A DNA stretch of 64,000 nucleotides, taken from positions 525,291 through 589,290 of the forward strand of contig NMRA01000080.1 of assembly GCA_002633005.1 (NCBI GenBank), read 5' to 3'. Source of the DNA: Phoronis australis. Lineage: Eukaryota; Animalia; Phoronida. Below are positions 1 to 12,968 of the stretch, in pieces; position 1 is the first letter of the stretch; the number at the start of each line of letters is the position of its first letter. Under the pieces are notes generated by a model. That model ran no database searches. It was not told the origin of the DNA and was given only the letters and a program-made list of their open reading frames with translations. A program made the translations under genes and the position numbers.

Positions 1-647
1 CACGTCAGCCAATATGCCACTCAACGTTCCTGGTCAACCCCTGTACTTGCTCTTTCATATAGAACCCACTGCTGAGTAGGCTTACGCTGATTGTCAAAAC
101 TTTGATATTGTATCTTTGCGCTTTACCGGAATGTATCAAGTCAGTTGACATTTTGGCACGTGAGTCAAAAAAACACTAGCCTACACGTACGGGCATTCAG
201 AGTTCATCAGTGAACGGGACGAGACGTCTACCTAGAAATCGGCAGACAAAATCCAGAATACCATTCGGAGATTGAGGAATTATCGACGACTGAATTGTGA
301 TGCGAACTGTTTTTTAACTTAGCTTGCCTCCTCGTCTTTGAGAATCCTATAAACCGTTGGCACAGTGCATCTACTGCAATCAGGGCAGCACAAACTTCTT
401 ACACGGCTTTCCCCACAGCTGCTTTTGGCACTTGTTTTAAATGACTCGCCGACAAGGGATTAGAATACGCCTGTTGCCGGGAATCGTAGAGTAAGGAGTT
501 CATAAGTTGGCGGCGATGGAATGCGGTGATACGGCGGGTTTATAAGATGAAGAAGATTTAAAATGAAAACTGTTTCTCTGCACTGAAACTGAAGCGCCGA
601 AATATGGTATGAGGACTTATTTTTTTAGATTTGCTGTGTCTCACAGT

Positions 648-954
648 GGCCATTCAATTCTTGTCTCGCTCGTATTTATTTTCGAGTACGATTTCGATCA
701 CACTGCCAAACGAAACTTGAAATTCGAAGCATATACTCGGAATTTTTACTCAAAATCGTACTCGAAATACAGATGAGATACACTTCACTTCGAGTATACT
801 CGAAAAGTGAGTATGTGTTCGAAATTTCAAGTACAGATTTTTCGAGTATGACATTGATCAATACACCCCAAAGATGAGACTATACTCGAGTTGAGTATGA
901 AGTGTGAGTTTGAGTCTGAGTCGAGTCTGAGTACGGAGATTGGATACCGGGCCT
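648..954. repeat. TCGA/CTCGAG-rich MITE-like element (degenerate copy)
   Basis: Dense TCGA/CTCGA motifs; right end gattggataccgggcc resembles the termini of the element at 32667-33212. Confidence 0.4.
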
Positions 955-1059
955 AGCATATGACAGGTAGCTACTTGTCTTTGCTTGCCAAATATGCTAT
1001 GCGCTTCGAACCAAACGGACAAGTTTCGTTTTGAAAGAGGGCAGGCGACAATAATTTTT

Positions 1060-1400
1060 CTGCATTTACAATTTCGTGGTACGAGATCAACCCGCGAGGG
1101 TAGTTGGTTGTGTGGGACGGATTGCAAACTGTTACTGGAAGGATAGTCAAACTTTGTGTACAATCGAACATACACTATCTGTTGAGACACCCACCAAGAT
1201 TTGGCTTCGTATTGCTCATTGTAAGGCAATAGCTTGTCGATGGCATGCCTGTGAAAACAGCAACGTCAGGTGTAATTGTAAGACAACTAACGGGAAATGC
1301 TCCGCTAATTTGTGCTTATCGCGAACCACAAGCATACTTTCTCATCAATTGTTCCATGTCGTATTTGATGCTGCTGTTACAAGATCCCGCGGTTTGAACG
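1060..1400 (+). pseudogene. Possible degenerate C-terminus of a KRBA2/Ginger-like (integrase-type) transposase
   Basis: ORF 1076-1426 contains VRCNCKTTNGKCSANLCL, resembling the Cys-rich C-terminal motif of these proteins; heavily decayed, recognised by eye only. Confidence 0.3.
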
Positions 1401-2763
1401 TAAAACGGACTGCCGTAAACGGGTAGATTTTGTAACAAAAATTGTTCGTATGCCCGCACTGGACATAAGTTTGATTGATTGACATTATCATCAAAGCGTG
1501 GCTATTCAGACCAATTCCAAAGCATTTCTTCGTCCATGAAGTTGTGGTAGGTTTACTGATTATAACCGCCCATCACTATTTTCGCTCTTCTGTACAACAG
1601 GTTTTGATCCCGGCGTAGTCTCAGTCGTTCTGTTAGAGAATATATACCTGAAATCGAATGTACAAATTGTTCGTAGAATTAAAAAATAATTATCGTAGAG
1701 CACCGGTAATAACCTTTTCATTATCCTATCTGTGGGAATTTTATCTCTGATAATAGTATACCGCCTAAATGGTTTGTACGCTGCTTTTAAGAGTATTAGA
1801 ATATCGATTGGACAGTCTCTACTCACAATCAGCTCCTCTAAGACCAGGGTTCTGGATTTATTTAATCTTTTTATTGAGAATAGAACTCCGAAACTGTTTT
1901 TAACAGTATCCGTTCTACTTTAATGCGGCATTTGCAGTACTTGTACATCTACAGAGATGACCAGGGGAAAAGTTTCCGAGTTGAGACACAGGAGGGGCAG
2001 GAGCTTGTGAAGTGAAGACAGGTGTAATGCATAGTAGATGCAAACGTAGTTCACTTCTAATGTTAAAATCAGCTGTGCTCAATGTCGTATCAAGAGGGGG
2101 GGGCGGGAGGCGGATTGTGTAACCGTCCTTTGATTCATTCTCGCGGGCCCTCTCCAAGTTTTGACTGCTGCACTCCACCCCCCTTCCCTGGCGGTAATCT
2201 GTCGCGACTAATTATCGTCACCCCATAATGTTTTCACGCCTCCTTGTAGTAGCGACTTCCGGAGCAAGTTCCAACCCTTTCATTGACGCTACCTGTCCAT
2301 GCTCCAGTTGGTTATACGAAACCTTTAATTGAAGAATGACACCCTTTACGCATATTTCAAGTATCTGAGCCCATGATTAAGCGATCCGTGTCATTTTATA
2401 ACTTTGATAAAGACCCCAGGGGTCATTTTCGCGGTGACAAAATTATTGCTACACCGTGTAAATAGAATGGGTGTCTGTGAAGTAATCGTGACGATGTTGT
2501 CAGATAAGTTAAGCCCCTAAACGCAAATGAGACCGACGACCATTGTGTCAATAACCGGAAACAGTATTGTGACGAATAATACAAAACAAACATATCAACA
2601 CCCCGCTGACTTAAAAAAATCTTAAACTTAATCTCTAAAGTTCTAAGTTTGTAAACAAACAGTACTATCATTAAAGTCTTTCCATTATGCTAGTAAACTA
2701 ACTAACTAACTATGAACTTAATGTGTCACTTCTCCAAAGTCCTTTTACAACACAATTATCCAG

Positions 2764-5200
2764 TTAATGTGTCTCATAGTCCTTCAGATACTTGGGTGAG
2801 TTGACCACTCGTCCACCCCGCGTTACAGTTCGCGACATTTCCGGAGACTCCACCGACGGTGATGGAGGTTCCTGAAGGCTTTCACTAACCGTTGCGCATC
2901 GAACGGGCTTCGACAGGTTCGTGGTATGGACAAAATTCGTGTCTGTCGCGGCGAAGTAAGTCTTGACCGCACGCAACTGAATAAGACCTGTTGGTCAGTT
3001 GTTTATGTACTTTCGCAACTTTCCATTGTGTGCGACAAGAGTTCAAGTCCCTGACTAGAACTGGTGTTCCCTCCTTAATGGATTCAAGAGGCCTGGTATT
3101 CTTGTTGCAAGACTTAGCTACTTGTTTTCTACGCTTCTCTTTTTCTGCCCAGTTTCGTACAGATCTACTATCGATTTCAACAATGAAGGCAACGGTGCTC
3201 TCGTTTGATCTTCCCAACAACCGCTCTATGGGACTCGTTGACAAGGTAGCTGTAGGAGTATCACGATATTCTAGTACGGCCAACAGGGGATACTGAGACC
3301 TCTTCAGTAAACTTTTCGCAATTTTCAACGCCGATTCCACTTTTCCGTTAGAACGGTGGTGGTGCGGTGAGGACGAAGTATGACGGAAGCTCCACGCTTT
3401 GCTGAAATCAGCAAACTTTCTGGACGTGAACTGGGCTGCATCGACTCTTTGCAAGAAATGCGGAACTCCTAAACGCGAGAACACATGTTTCAACGTGTTC
3501 ACTGTGGTACTCTCAGTAGTATCTTCCAGTCTTTCCAACTCCAGATGATCAGAATGATAGTCCACTATCACCAAGTAATCATAGCCCGCAGGCGACATAA
3601 GATCGACTCCAACTTTAATCCATTGCTGTTGGCTAATCTGGGATTGAGTGTTGGTGTAGTTCATTTGATCAGCATCTTTGGGCTGGGGCATTTCAAGCAT
3701 GGCTTTTACCCTCTCCGAATCTGGCTTGATGCCATCTGCGCTCAATACATGCCCAATATAGGGGAATTCTTTCTTCAAGAACAAACATTTCTGTTTAGAT
3801 TAAGACCTGACTCTCGAGAGAGCAGTAGCAGTTGCTTTGAATTTCGATCATGGTCCGCAAGGTGACAACCATAAGTGAGAATGTCGTCCGCAACGACCGT
3901 TATCCTCTTTAAGCCATGTACGATTAACCTGGGTAAGTTGTCTCTAAAATTCTTAAGTTTGGGGAAGTCGAAAGACCGAAACGCATTCGCAACCACTTGT
4001 ACCTCCCGACTGGTCTTCAGAATGTGGTAAGCACCGCTGATTTGTCACTAAGACGCACTTGCAGAAATCCATCGCGAGCATTACAGAGAGAAAAATGTTT
4101 CGCTCCTGCGAGTTCAGGCAAAACATCTTCGATACAGGGCATTGTGAAATGGTTGCATTTGATTACTGAATTCAGATTTTTGGGGTCCAGGCACAAACGT
4201 ATCTTGCCGTTAGCTTTTCGGACCGGTTGGGCGTGACTTATCCACTCGGTAAGATGGTCTACTTTAGCTATAATACCACTTTCCTCGAACTCGTCGCGTT
4301 TCTTTTGAACGTCGGCTGTCATGGACAAAGGAATTTTACGAGGTTTAACCTGGACTGATCGCATCTGCTCATCTAACTGTATGTGGTATTCCCCAGGAAG
4401 CGGTCCTAGGCCGGTAAATACGTCTGAGAATTATTCCAGAACGATATCCAGGTTTTGCTGTATTAGACTGACACTTTCGCTCACTGTGATGAGACCGTAG
4501 TCGACACAATTTCACCGATAGCAAACTGGGGTGTTTGGTATTTACCAACAAACACTGAAACTCTCGGTCGCTCCCATTACACTGTAGTGTGTAGCTTGCT
4601 GGCCCCCAACGGTTTTAGTTTCGTGTTATTGTACACTTCAATGGTATGCGGGGTTGGGATCAATGTTGGACTTCCTAATAGTATGCATAGGATAGAGTGC
4701 TAGTGGTTGCAATTGGAATTTTAACCTCGTTTTCCCCTCCCGGCACTGTATGGGCAAGTGCGCGAACCATTTGCGACCCCAGCTGTATTGCGAAACGTTT
4801 CCAGGCTTCGTCATCCGACAAGAACTGTAGTATAATAGGAGAGTTCACTTCTGAGTTTGCTGTTATCGCTACTACTTGCGCCGCCAAGTGGTGAATAAGC
4901 AGCAGTCAAGTAGGAAGCCCGAGAACAATGGAAAAAAACGCATTTTGCAGGGCAATAAGTTGCACTAATTCATCCACGAAAACTCCAGACGTGTCATTTT
5001 TTACGTTTCCTAAGGATTCAGAAATGTAAGGATTATTTGTTGTTCAATAATATGACACATTGTCTTTCATTTTGTGTGTTCTGTTCACAATTGGAAGACC
5101 AGTCGATAGCAGTCCTGATGCCGCTGTGGTCTGCTACTGCACAGGCTACGCTCTGCCTTCTGCAGATACTTTGTTGTCAATATACGTGTACTAAAATTAT
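2764..5200 (-). mobile_element. Degenerate Ty3/gypsy (Mag-like) LTR retrotransposon internal region (gag remnant, protease region, RT, integrase)
   Basis: RT pieces VQVKPRKIP...GKIRLCLDPKNLN...RDGFLQV (4017-4364) and ITVVADDILTYG (3775-3996); integrase core WIKVGVDL...YLVIVDYHS...SSPHHHRSNGKVE (2885-3784); C-terminal TRGGRVVNSPKYLKDY (2764-2976). Multiple frameshifts; RNase H region is deleted. Purine-rich tract followed by TGTTG near 2600 (- strand) may be PPT/3' LTR start; no 5' LTR recognised. Confidence 0.9.
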
Positions 5201-5213
5201 GTGTGAGGGAGCA

Positions 5214-6560
5214 TTTTTTTAATGTTTATTACGAAATCTTCAGAATACAATGAATATACATAACCCAGAAAGCGCCAAAAGGCATTAGATCTGGAATAAA
5301 AAAAATACAAAGAAGTCTATACACAATTATTATACACGAATACATAAATAAAAACTGATGTTAAGATTACAATGATACAATTACGAATGTAAATAATTCA
5401 TTTTCATACACGTATACAATTCTATCCACTCATACAAAGAGATTTAAAGTTATAAAGAAATTCTGATACTATTTCAAATAAAACCTTATTTTCATTTGGG
5501 TTGAGCTTTCAACATCCATATAAAAAATTAATTTTGTTGTACAATTGCGGAATTTCAGAATATTTGTTGTAAACGTTAAGGTATATTTCGATTGTCTGGA
5601 AAAGCTTTACCCTCTGCTTCTTGCATACCTTACAAGCAAAGAAAACATGAGGGTGTCTCCACAGGAACACAGACGCGAAATATTATTAAAATTTTTTCTA
5701 AATTTCTCGTTGTTTAGGAATAGACCGCATCATGATCTGTTTAGGGTTATTTCATGGTTGCGAGGAAGTTGGAATGGTGCCAATGGGACTGACAAGTCTT
5801 GAGTAATAGTATGCATTTTAAAGTTATTTTTGAGAGTAACGATTGAAGTGCTTTCTTTTATTTTGAATGCTAAAGAGTTCCAGTGGTCAATGCCAGTTAA
5901 TATCGTTGATCTCTTGAAGGCTTGGCTGATGGAAGATGGAATAGTGTGCATATTACTTTGTCGCAGTCCTGGTCTCGTGTTTGGTCTTTTGTAGGAGTCA
6001 AAGAGGATTTTGTTAGAGTAATTGCTTATGTTGGTTAGGACTTTGAATGCATACATAGACAGGTGAAGTTTACTAGTTGCTAGTTTGCTCCAGTTGAGAC
6101 CATTTAGAACCTTGATTGTGTTGGATGGATCCTTTGTATGCCCCTGTTATGGCTAACGTTTCTTCGTATAGTAGTCTTTCTAAATGAAGAAGTATGCCAG
6201 CGTTTGCCGATTAGTAGATTATGTCACAGTAATCTAGATGTGGAAGTACAAATACTTGAACAGAGTTTCAAGATGCATGGAGTTGAGAAGACCAGAAATA
6301 ATTCTAACTGGATTAATTAACGTTTGTACTTTATGAACAAGTTCGCGACAATGAGGAGTAAGTGTAAGCTTATGGTCTAGTAGCAAGCCAAGATGTTTGT
6401 GCGTGAATTTATTGGGAATAACTTCCACATTGAGTGATAATTCCATTGTTGGATTTGTTTGGAAATGAGTATTATGTGAGGGAGCATCAGAATGGAATAC
6501 AGTGTTATGGTAGGGATTAATTGTCTTGCTTTCTTCTTCTTACTTGTATTACACCTACTG
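5214..6560 (-). mobile_element. 5'-truncated, degenerate non-LTR retrotransposon (CR1/L2-like) 3' end
   Basis: HKHLGLLLDHKLTLTPH (6234-6446), HWNSLAFKIKESTSIVTLK (5730-6056), CSCG...HVFFAC zinc-knuckle remnant near 5630-5680, and AATAAA (plus-strand TTTATT 5225-5230) followed by a short poly(A) (T-run 5214-5220). Confidence 0.75.
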
Positions 6561-8543
6561 CACAAACCAATTGTCTGCACTCTGGTAACAGCCTGGCGTA
6601 TTCAATATTGAACACATTCAAAATTGTTGGGTGGACATGAAACGCGCAGTGAGCTGGGTGCACTTTGTAATGAAAACTTGGAAAACACCCATGATAGTAC
6701 TAGGGCATGATGGCCACCAGTCATTACAAGCAAATGTCCGGAGCTCATGCTCAAAACGAGGGCCAAATCTTAATTATCACCACCTTAGCACCTTTTTTTA
6801 ATGGTCAGGGGAACAACCGAAATTTGTGACGATGGAAGGGTCTCAACACTCGTGTGGCATACCCCACTGGTTTTTACCTGTTTACCACTCCTGGCATGTA
6901 CCCCCGTGGGAGGGGGTCAACACCCATTTAGCGTCCACCCGGTTTGCACTCCTCCCTTGTACCTCTTTGCTGGCACCTGGGGGCAACTCCCCTCTGAACT
7001 CCCAAGAGCAGTCAAGGAGATGTGAAATGTTATGAGGAACGGTAATTTGCTTTGTTAAGAACTCAAACACGAAACAAAACCATGATGGCCCTTGAAGGGA
7101 GCTCCAAGAGAATGAAAGCAAATACTCTTAAATATTTAGTAAAACACTCATTTTCATTCTCATTCGATTATAAGTGGATGTTAGTTTATGTCTCCAAATT
7201 GAAGATGGACGAGAAACGAGACGACTGGCTTCATGAAAGTAGCATCTTTGTTTGGGTCATTAGCAATATCGCAGGATTGAACCATAGAGAAACTCCATGA
7301 ATTTTGGAAATTCAATCTTCTAGTTCTTCGTACGGGCGTACATGGACACTCGTTCATTGGGTGCTCTTTCGGATATCTCTAGTAACTTGACTACACGTAT
7401 TTAGATTAAGATACCAAGTGGCTAATTTTGGGGGTCGTCCTTCTTCTGCTGACACCGGGGGACAACAACCCTCTTATTCTTCCCCTAGGTTTGCAAATGC
7501 TACATGTACATGTACGTGTGCCTGTCTTTGCAACCCGGCGTTGAGGGAAACAAATAGTAACGGAGGACACGTAAATGAAGACAAACCAACCGCTTCCTTC
7601 AACCTGAAACGCTTTATAGGGGTGTTCTTCATTTCTTAGTCACCTGTAATCTGGCAAATGGTACGATCATGGTAATTAGTCTGGTATAATGGCAACACGT
7701 TATGTCTCTGTACTTTACAGGTGTCTGGAAAATTGTTACGTTAAAGTCCTGGTCGCACGCGTTGTTAACCCTTATTGCATGGTTAGAGGATGTTATAAGG
7801 ATCCAAGAAGAACTTACCCTATAACTAATACAAGATCCGTACTCGAAAAAAAGTTTAAATGACACCCACGATTCGCACCCGAAGAACCACCGCCATTTTG
7901 AACTTGCCGCGAACCCGGAAGTACAGTTCATTCAGGAACCCAGGCTAGCCGCTAAGAAAACGCCGTCAGTGTGGATGGACGAGTGCCTGTTACCAGCTTG
8001 CAAACGCGGATAAAACAATCGACAGCACGCCTTAATTTTAATAAAATCAAAATACGGACAACTTTATGGAATTTGCTGAAAAAATGTGGCGAATAAATTT
8101 TGACAGAAATTATTTTGCTAGACTCAGGACCGCAGCCTATCGGACCCGGTGCCGATCGACACCAGACACTGGCGAACGGTAAATGCATGCGGTTGCGAGC
8201 TGTTTTGTCGAAGTAAAATGCTTAAATCATAAATGCCGAATATATTCAAAAATAGTTTCAGACACTTGCATGAAATTACGGGCTGGTTAGTCCTGTGTTA
8301 CACTGCCGCCTCGCGGCACACCTTAGCTTGCCTCAGTGCCAGCTACCAGTGAAGACTGTCGTCAAAATATAGCTTGTTAGTACATGTAGGCCTATACAGC
8401 TTTGCGCCAAGGTTACCCTTAGGACTAACTGGTCGCTGGTCACAGCGCTCGCTCAAAGGAGGTTTATTTAGAACTTGGGTACATGTACTTCTGGCGAACT
8501 GTGCAAAGTTGTTGGCTTTCAATAGAGATTTGCCCAGACTTTG

Positions 8544-8775
8544 TATGAGCGCACCAAGCCTAAAAGAATGGGGGGGCTGGAATTTTTGGGGATGTCTATC
8601 TTTTACTATAAGATTCACTGGGTATGTTCAGAGCTATGAATTGCACACGCTAAATTTTGGTACTTCCTGTCTTCTAGTGGAACATTGTCTTATTTTCTAC
8701 TTTTTCGGAATTCGTGCTTCTCTGACTGAGGCAGACCTTTTTCCATTTCTCCAAATAGGGGGCTCGTTCGAGCAC
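8544..8775. mobile_element. MITE-like family B, degenerate copy
   Basis: Colinear similarity to 8914-9149 (gcacc.agcc...gggggct.gaatt...ccaaat.gggggctc.ttcgagc). Confidence 0.5.
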
Positions 8776-8913
8776 ATAAGTATGACAAGTCCAATACAAA
8801 ATGTTATCATTTTTATTCATTAACCCAAAAATATTCAAACTTTTAACATAATAAGTAACTTAAAATATACAATACTTTACAACATTTAGCATTACAAACA
8901 CTATTCAACCCTT

Positions 8914-9149
8914 CACGCACCCAGCCTTCAATATGGGGGGCTCGAATTCCCGGCGATGTCGGGCTTTTGCTAAAAAAAGAGTCGGCGGACTAAAAAAAAC
9001 GAGAGAACCACTGTGAATTGCGCGTTTGCGCTTCTTTAGTGGACTTTTGTCCCATTTTCTCCGGCTTTTTGTCTCTCGGGGGCGGACCTTTTTGCCCACT
9101 TCGCCAAATGGGGGGCTCCTTCGAGCCCCCCACCCTGGGTGCGTTCATG
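8914..9149. mobile_element. MITE-like family B
   Basis: Terminal inverted repeat cacgcacccag / ctgggtgcgtt; related copies at 8544-8775 and, reversed, 53113-53365. Confidence 0.65.
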
Positions 9150-10428
9150 CAACAGCAAAAGTTTCCATGTTATCAAAGTGGACTTACATATAACTATTAC
9201 CATGGTGACTGAATAGTGTTTCCTTACACCAGAATTTGACAAGCATGATTAAAAAAATATGAATTTGCAAGGAAGAAGAATTGGAGGCTTAAAGCTTCAC
9301 AATCCAACATAGCTTATTTCCCAAATTAAGATTATTCATATTGTTGACTTGATAACCTGAATTAAGAAGCAATAACTTACAAAACATGACTTGAAAGCAA
9401 TTGAGACTTAAAATTTAGAAAAATATGAATCTTTTTGTGACACCTAATCAAGCCTTGAACAGCAGTTGACAGTCTAACAAAAAAACATTTCAAAATTATT
9501 TCAGATACGGGAACCACATGGGCAGTTTGAGAGCAGAACTTTAACACCTGTACTTAATGGAGTCATGTTTTACTGGAAACTTCGAAGCAGTTCATTGCGG
9601 TGCGTATGGCTTGAGGGGACACTACGTTAACGATACCTTGTCACAATCAGCTGGACGATAGTTGGGCTCAGTGTTTAAAGACTGAATTTAGCCATCCCAG
9701 TGACTCTGGGACGTTACTTCATAGCCTGTACTGAGAGGGATGTACAGTAGGTCCGCTGGAGAGTCGTCTTTTCCGATTGACTCAGTCATTCACCCTTTTA
9801 CAATGATTACGCTCATACACAACATAAATGGGCATTCACTATTAAATGACGGAAGTCTTAAAGTTTTCCATCACTTGTAAGTCCGGAATCATAAGGGAAA
9901 AACTAGCACTTGATACAGTATTTTCGTATAATAGAAACGACAGAACTCAACTGGTAAGTGGTGCAGTACTTTGCAATAGGAGACATGAACACATTACACC
10001 AAGAATATTGTGTGAATGTTCAGACATTTTTAAACAATGTAGCTAAGCTAGCTAAATATGTTTCACATTTCAAAGATACAGTCAGTCTATGGTCGTATAT
10101 ACATTAACGCCAAACAAAGTTTTTGTTTTGGCACTACTCTTCGTCACTTTCGCCATGTACTTGCCGTAATCCATGACGATATCGTTTGCTTACTTTAAGT
10201 GTAAGCTCATTTAGAACTGTTGCATAAAGTCGCTCAGTGTGAAATTTAAAGCTTTCGTTAAAGCTCTTAAGGTCACTCCGTTTGATGTCGCTACAATCTT
10301 TCAAGAAACAGACGATAGCTATAAATCTTCACAGATATTTCGTGCTGATGGTTTAGTACACTTTCGTACGGAAAAGTGAGATGATAGAAAAGAAAATTTT
10401 ATCCATTTGTTGGAAAAAATTACAGAAT

Positions 10429-10700
10429 TCAAGGCACATACGAAACAAATTTCAAAGTTTTGTAATTCCCTGATGGTTTCACGGCATTTATCACGCCGAA
10501 TACTTCCTTTTTAGACAAATCAAGATATTTCAGAGTAGTAGAGACAAACGACTCTTTTGTTTCGGTCGGCTGAAGAACATTACAAGCGCCTTCACTTAGC
10601 CCCAAGCAGATTTCATACCACATCGCCACCTCGTGAACAAAGCTCAGCTGCCAATCTACGACGACTTTCTTCTCCGAGTAGGTAACAGCGGGTGAATTTC
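10429..10700 (-). CDS. FN3-like repeat protein, terminal exon
   Basis: Acceptor ttatttttcag, phase 1; reads GNSPAVTYSEKKVVVDWQLSFVHEVAMWYEICLGLSEGACNV...VSYVP-stop. Confidence 0.75.
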
Positions 10701-11835
10701 CTGAAAAATAACATCAGCGTGTACGGGTGTCTAACAACAGAGCAATACCGACTCCATTCCTTTCAAACATCATTGGTAAATGCGCAGCTTGAACTATTCG
10801 TATTATAATTGTAAATTTGTAAAGGTGGCACCATCGAAGATTTTCCTTCAAACTTTCTGGTGAATTCTTTGCGTGGACCAACCTGCGTATTTCAGTGACC
10901 TTTATTGAAACGGTCCCCAAGGCAACTTGAAGACGATCTGTTAAAATAGGCTACATACCTTTTTGTAAACAAACCAAACTTTATTAAATCAACGTTAATT
11001 AATTCAAGAGGTCATTACGTACCAGCTTAAAAATGAATAGTGTCATTAAATTGTGAACATGCAAATGAAAAACTAATTTACGAACAACCCCGGATCCTAA
11101 ATGTGCCGGAAACTATCCGAGAACTAGTTACCATTACAATCTCGCGCAAGTCTCGTCTGGCGAGACTATTTTACCGTTACCCTAATGAAACAAGGCACGG
11201 TTTTTATTCTTTGTATATTTCACTATCAAATAACTATTAAGTAATATTTATAATTACTAATGCTTTTTATATGTTGACATTTGTTTTAAGTGTATGCGTT
11301 TTCTTAATTAACGGCGCTTTATTTACAAGTTGTTTATTTTCCTGATTATACTTGTATACACATTTCTCAGGCAGGAAGTCACTAGGTAGGGCTTGCTACA
11401 AATTTAATTATTTACGATTTTAATGGACATTTTAAAATTCTTTTAAACAAAACTGCACTGAAAATAATTTAGGAACACTTGAAGTGCAAATCGTCCACGA
11501 GGAACCCGTCTGCAATTTTAAACTCGAGATGCTGATGGAAGATGGAAGACGGTGATACACATGTAGAACTGCTGTGGAAAGTCATGCAAAGAGCAACAAC
11601 TATACAAAACTATCCAAATTCCATCGATTAAGCCATTTATTACAGAAATCTTCAATTGCTTTGTAGTACTCAAGGCATTTCTTGTCTCTATAGTGCAAAT
11701 GAAGCATTTTCAAGAACGGTATACTAAAGATGTAAAGTGACGGGCACCGCCCAACAACTCTTACTGAAACCGTACCATTTGGTGTGCCATGGTTGTTATC
11801 CAAATCTATCAATAAACGATATTCAAATTGCTCAC

Positions 11836-12369
11836 CTGTGGTTTGTGGAGGATTTCCGTCAAAGCACAAGTGTTTCGAAACTACGTTGGTTGTCACATGG
11901 CGTGCGGTTACCGCACGAACTTCAGCCGAGTAACATTCATCATGAGTTAGCGTCAGATTGCCGAGTCGAACATTGGTCAAACCACCAACATTGGTCCACG
12001 GTACAACGATTGTACTGTTGGTGACTAAACGAATCTTATACGAGACACTGTCACCGACATACTGGAATCCAGACCATCTGATATCAAGATAGTCAACATT
12101 AAAGATTGCGTTAATGCGACGGTCATAAGGGCCCGATTGCGGAAGCAAAAACATTACAGATGCTTCGTCAATGGAAGGTGGCTTAGAAACAACACGTTCT
12201 TCTCCGGAGACAACTGTGGTTGATAGCTCAGCATTGTTGGAACACCAGATGGTCGAATATATCAACTGCCCGTGAACCAGCTCCACGGATCTGGTAACGT
12301 TATACATGTCGTTACCAATGGGATCAATTGGTGATAATGGAAGGATATTACCAGAGAAAGGATGTGTGC
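11836..12369 (-). CDS. FN3-like repeat protein, internal exon
   Basis: Acceptor gtttgtttcag, donor cag/gtgagc, phase 1-1; GTHPFSGNIL...LDIRWSGF...YSAEVRAVT...FDGNPPQTT. Confidence 0.85.
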
Positions 12370-12968
12370 CTGAAACAAACAATTCACGCACCATCAATTG
12401 TGTTCCTGTAACATGAACGACATTAATACATCCTTATATAAATAACCCCGGCAAATTTTGAGACAAAGCAGTCTTTTCTTAATCTTAACAGAAGACTTAC
12501 AAAATTTCCACTCTAAATATGCCAGTAAGTGCGACGAAGTCGACGCTTAAAGTCTTGCACAAACCTTAACTATCAAACACAAGACAAAGTCAAAGAGTTG
12601 CTGTCAGCATGGGGTCGTTCCATGAAGCTTCCTGTGACTTGTTTTTGTTTCTGTGTTCTCTTATTATTGAAGAAGCGACGGTCTCCTTAAAACACTGACT
12701 TACAGTACTTCATTGACCAAGACCATATTTGTATTAGTTATACGTGTAGATTTATTTTCTTAGTTATTTACTGACTTATTTAATTACGAACTTATTCCCT
12801 TACTTACTTACTTATTTACGCACTTAGTTACTGGCGTACACATTTCCTTTCGCGATTATATATGAAACATAGATTCTAGATTCAAACCATTCCATCAAAA
12901 GTCAGTGAAGCAAATGAACTCCATTGTACAACACGAAACTCAGGAAGCCTACAAACAAAAACTATTAC

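Noticed and set aside
1560-1920. Possible ancient LINE RT fragment on the - strand
   Set aside because: Only faint motif resemblance; cannot be supported without a profile search.
11600-11835. C-terminal extension of the 265-aa ORF
   Set aside because: Intronic read-through beyond donor cag/gtgagc.
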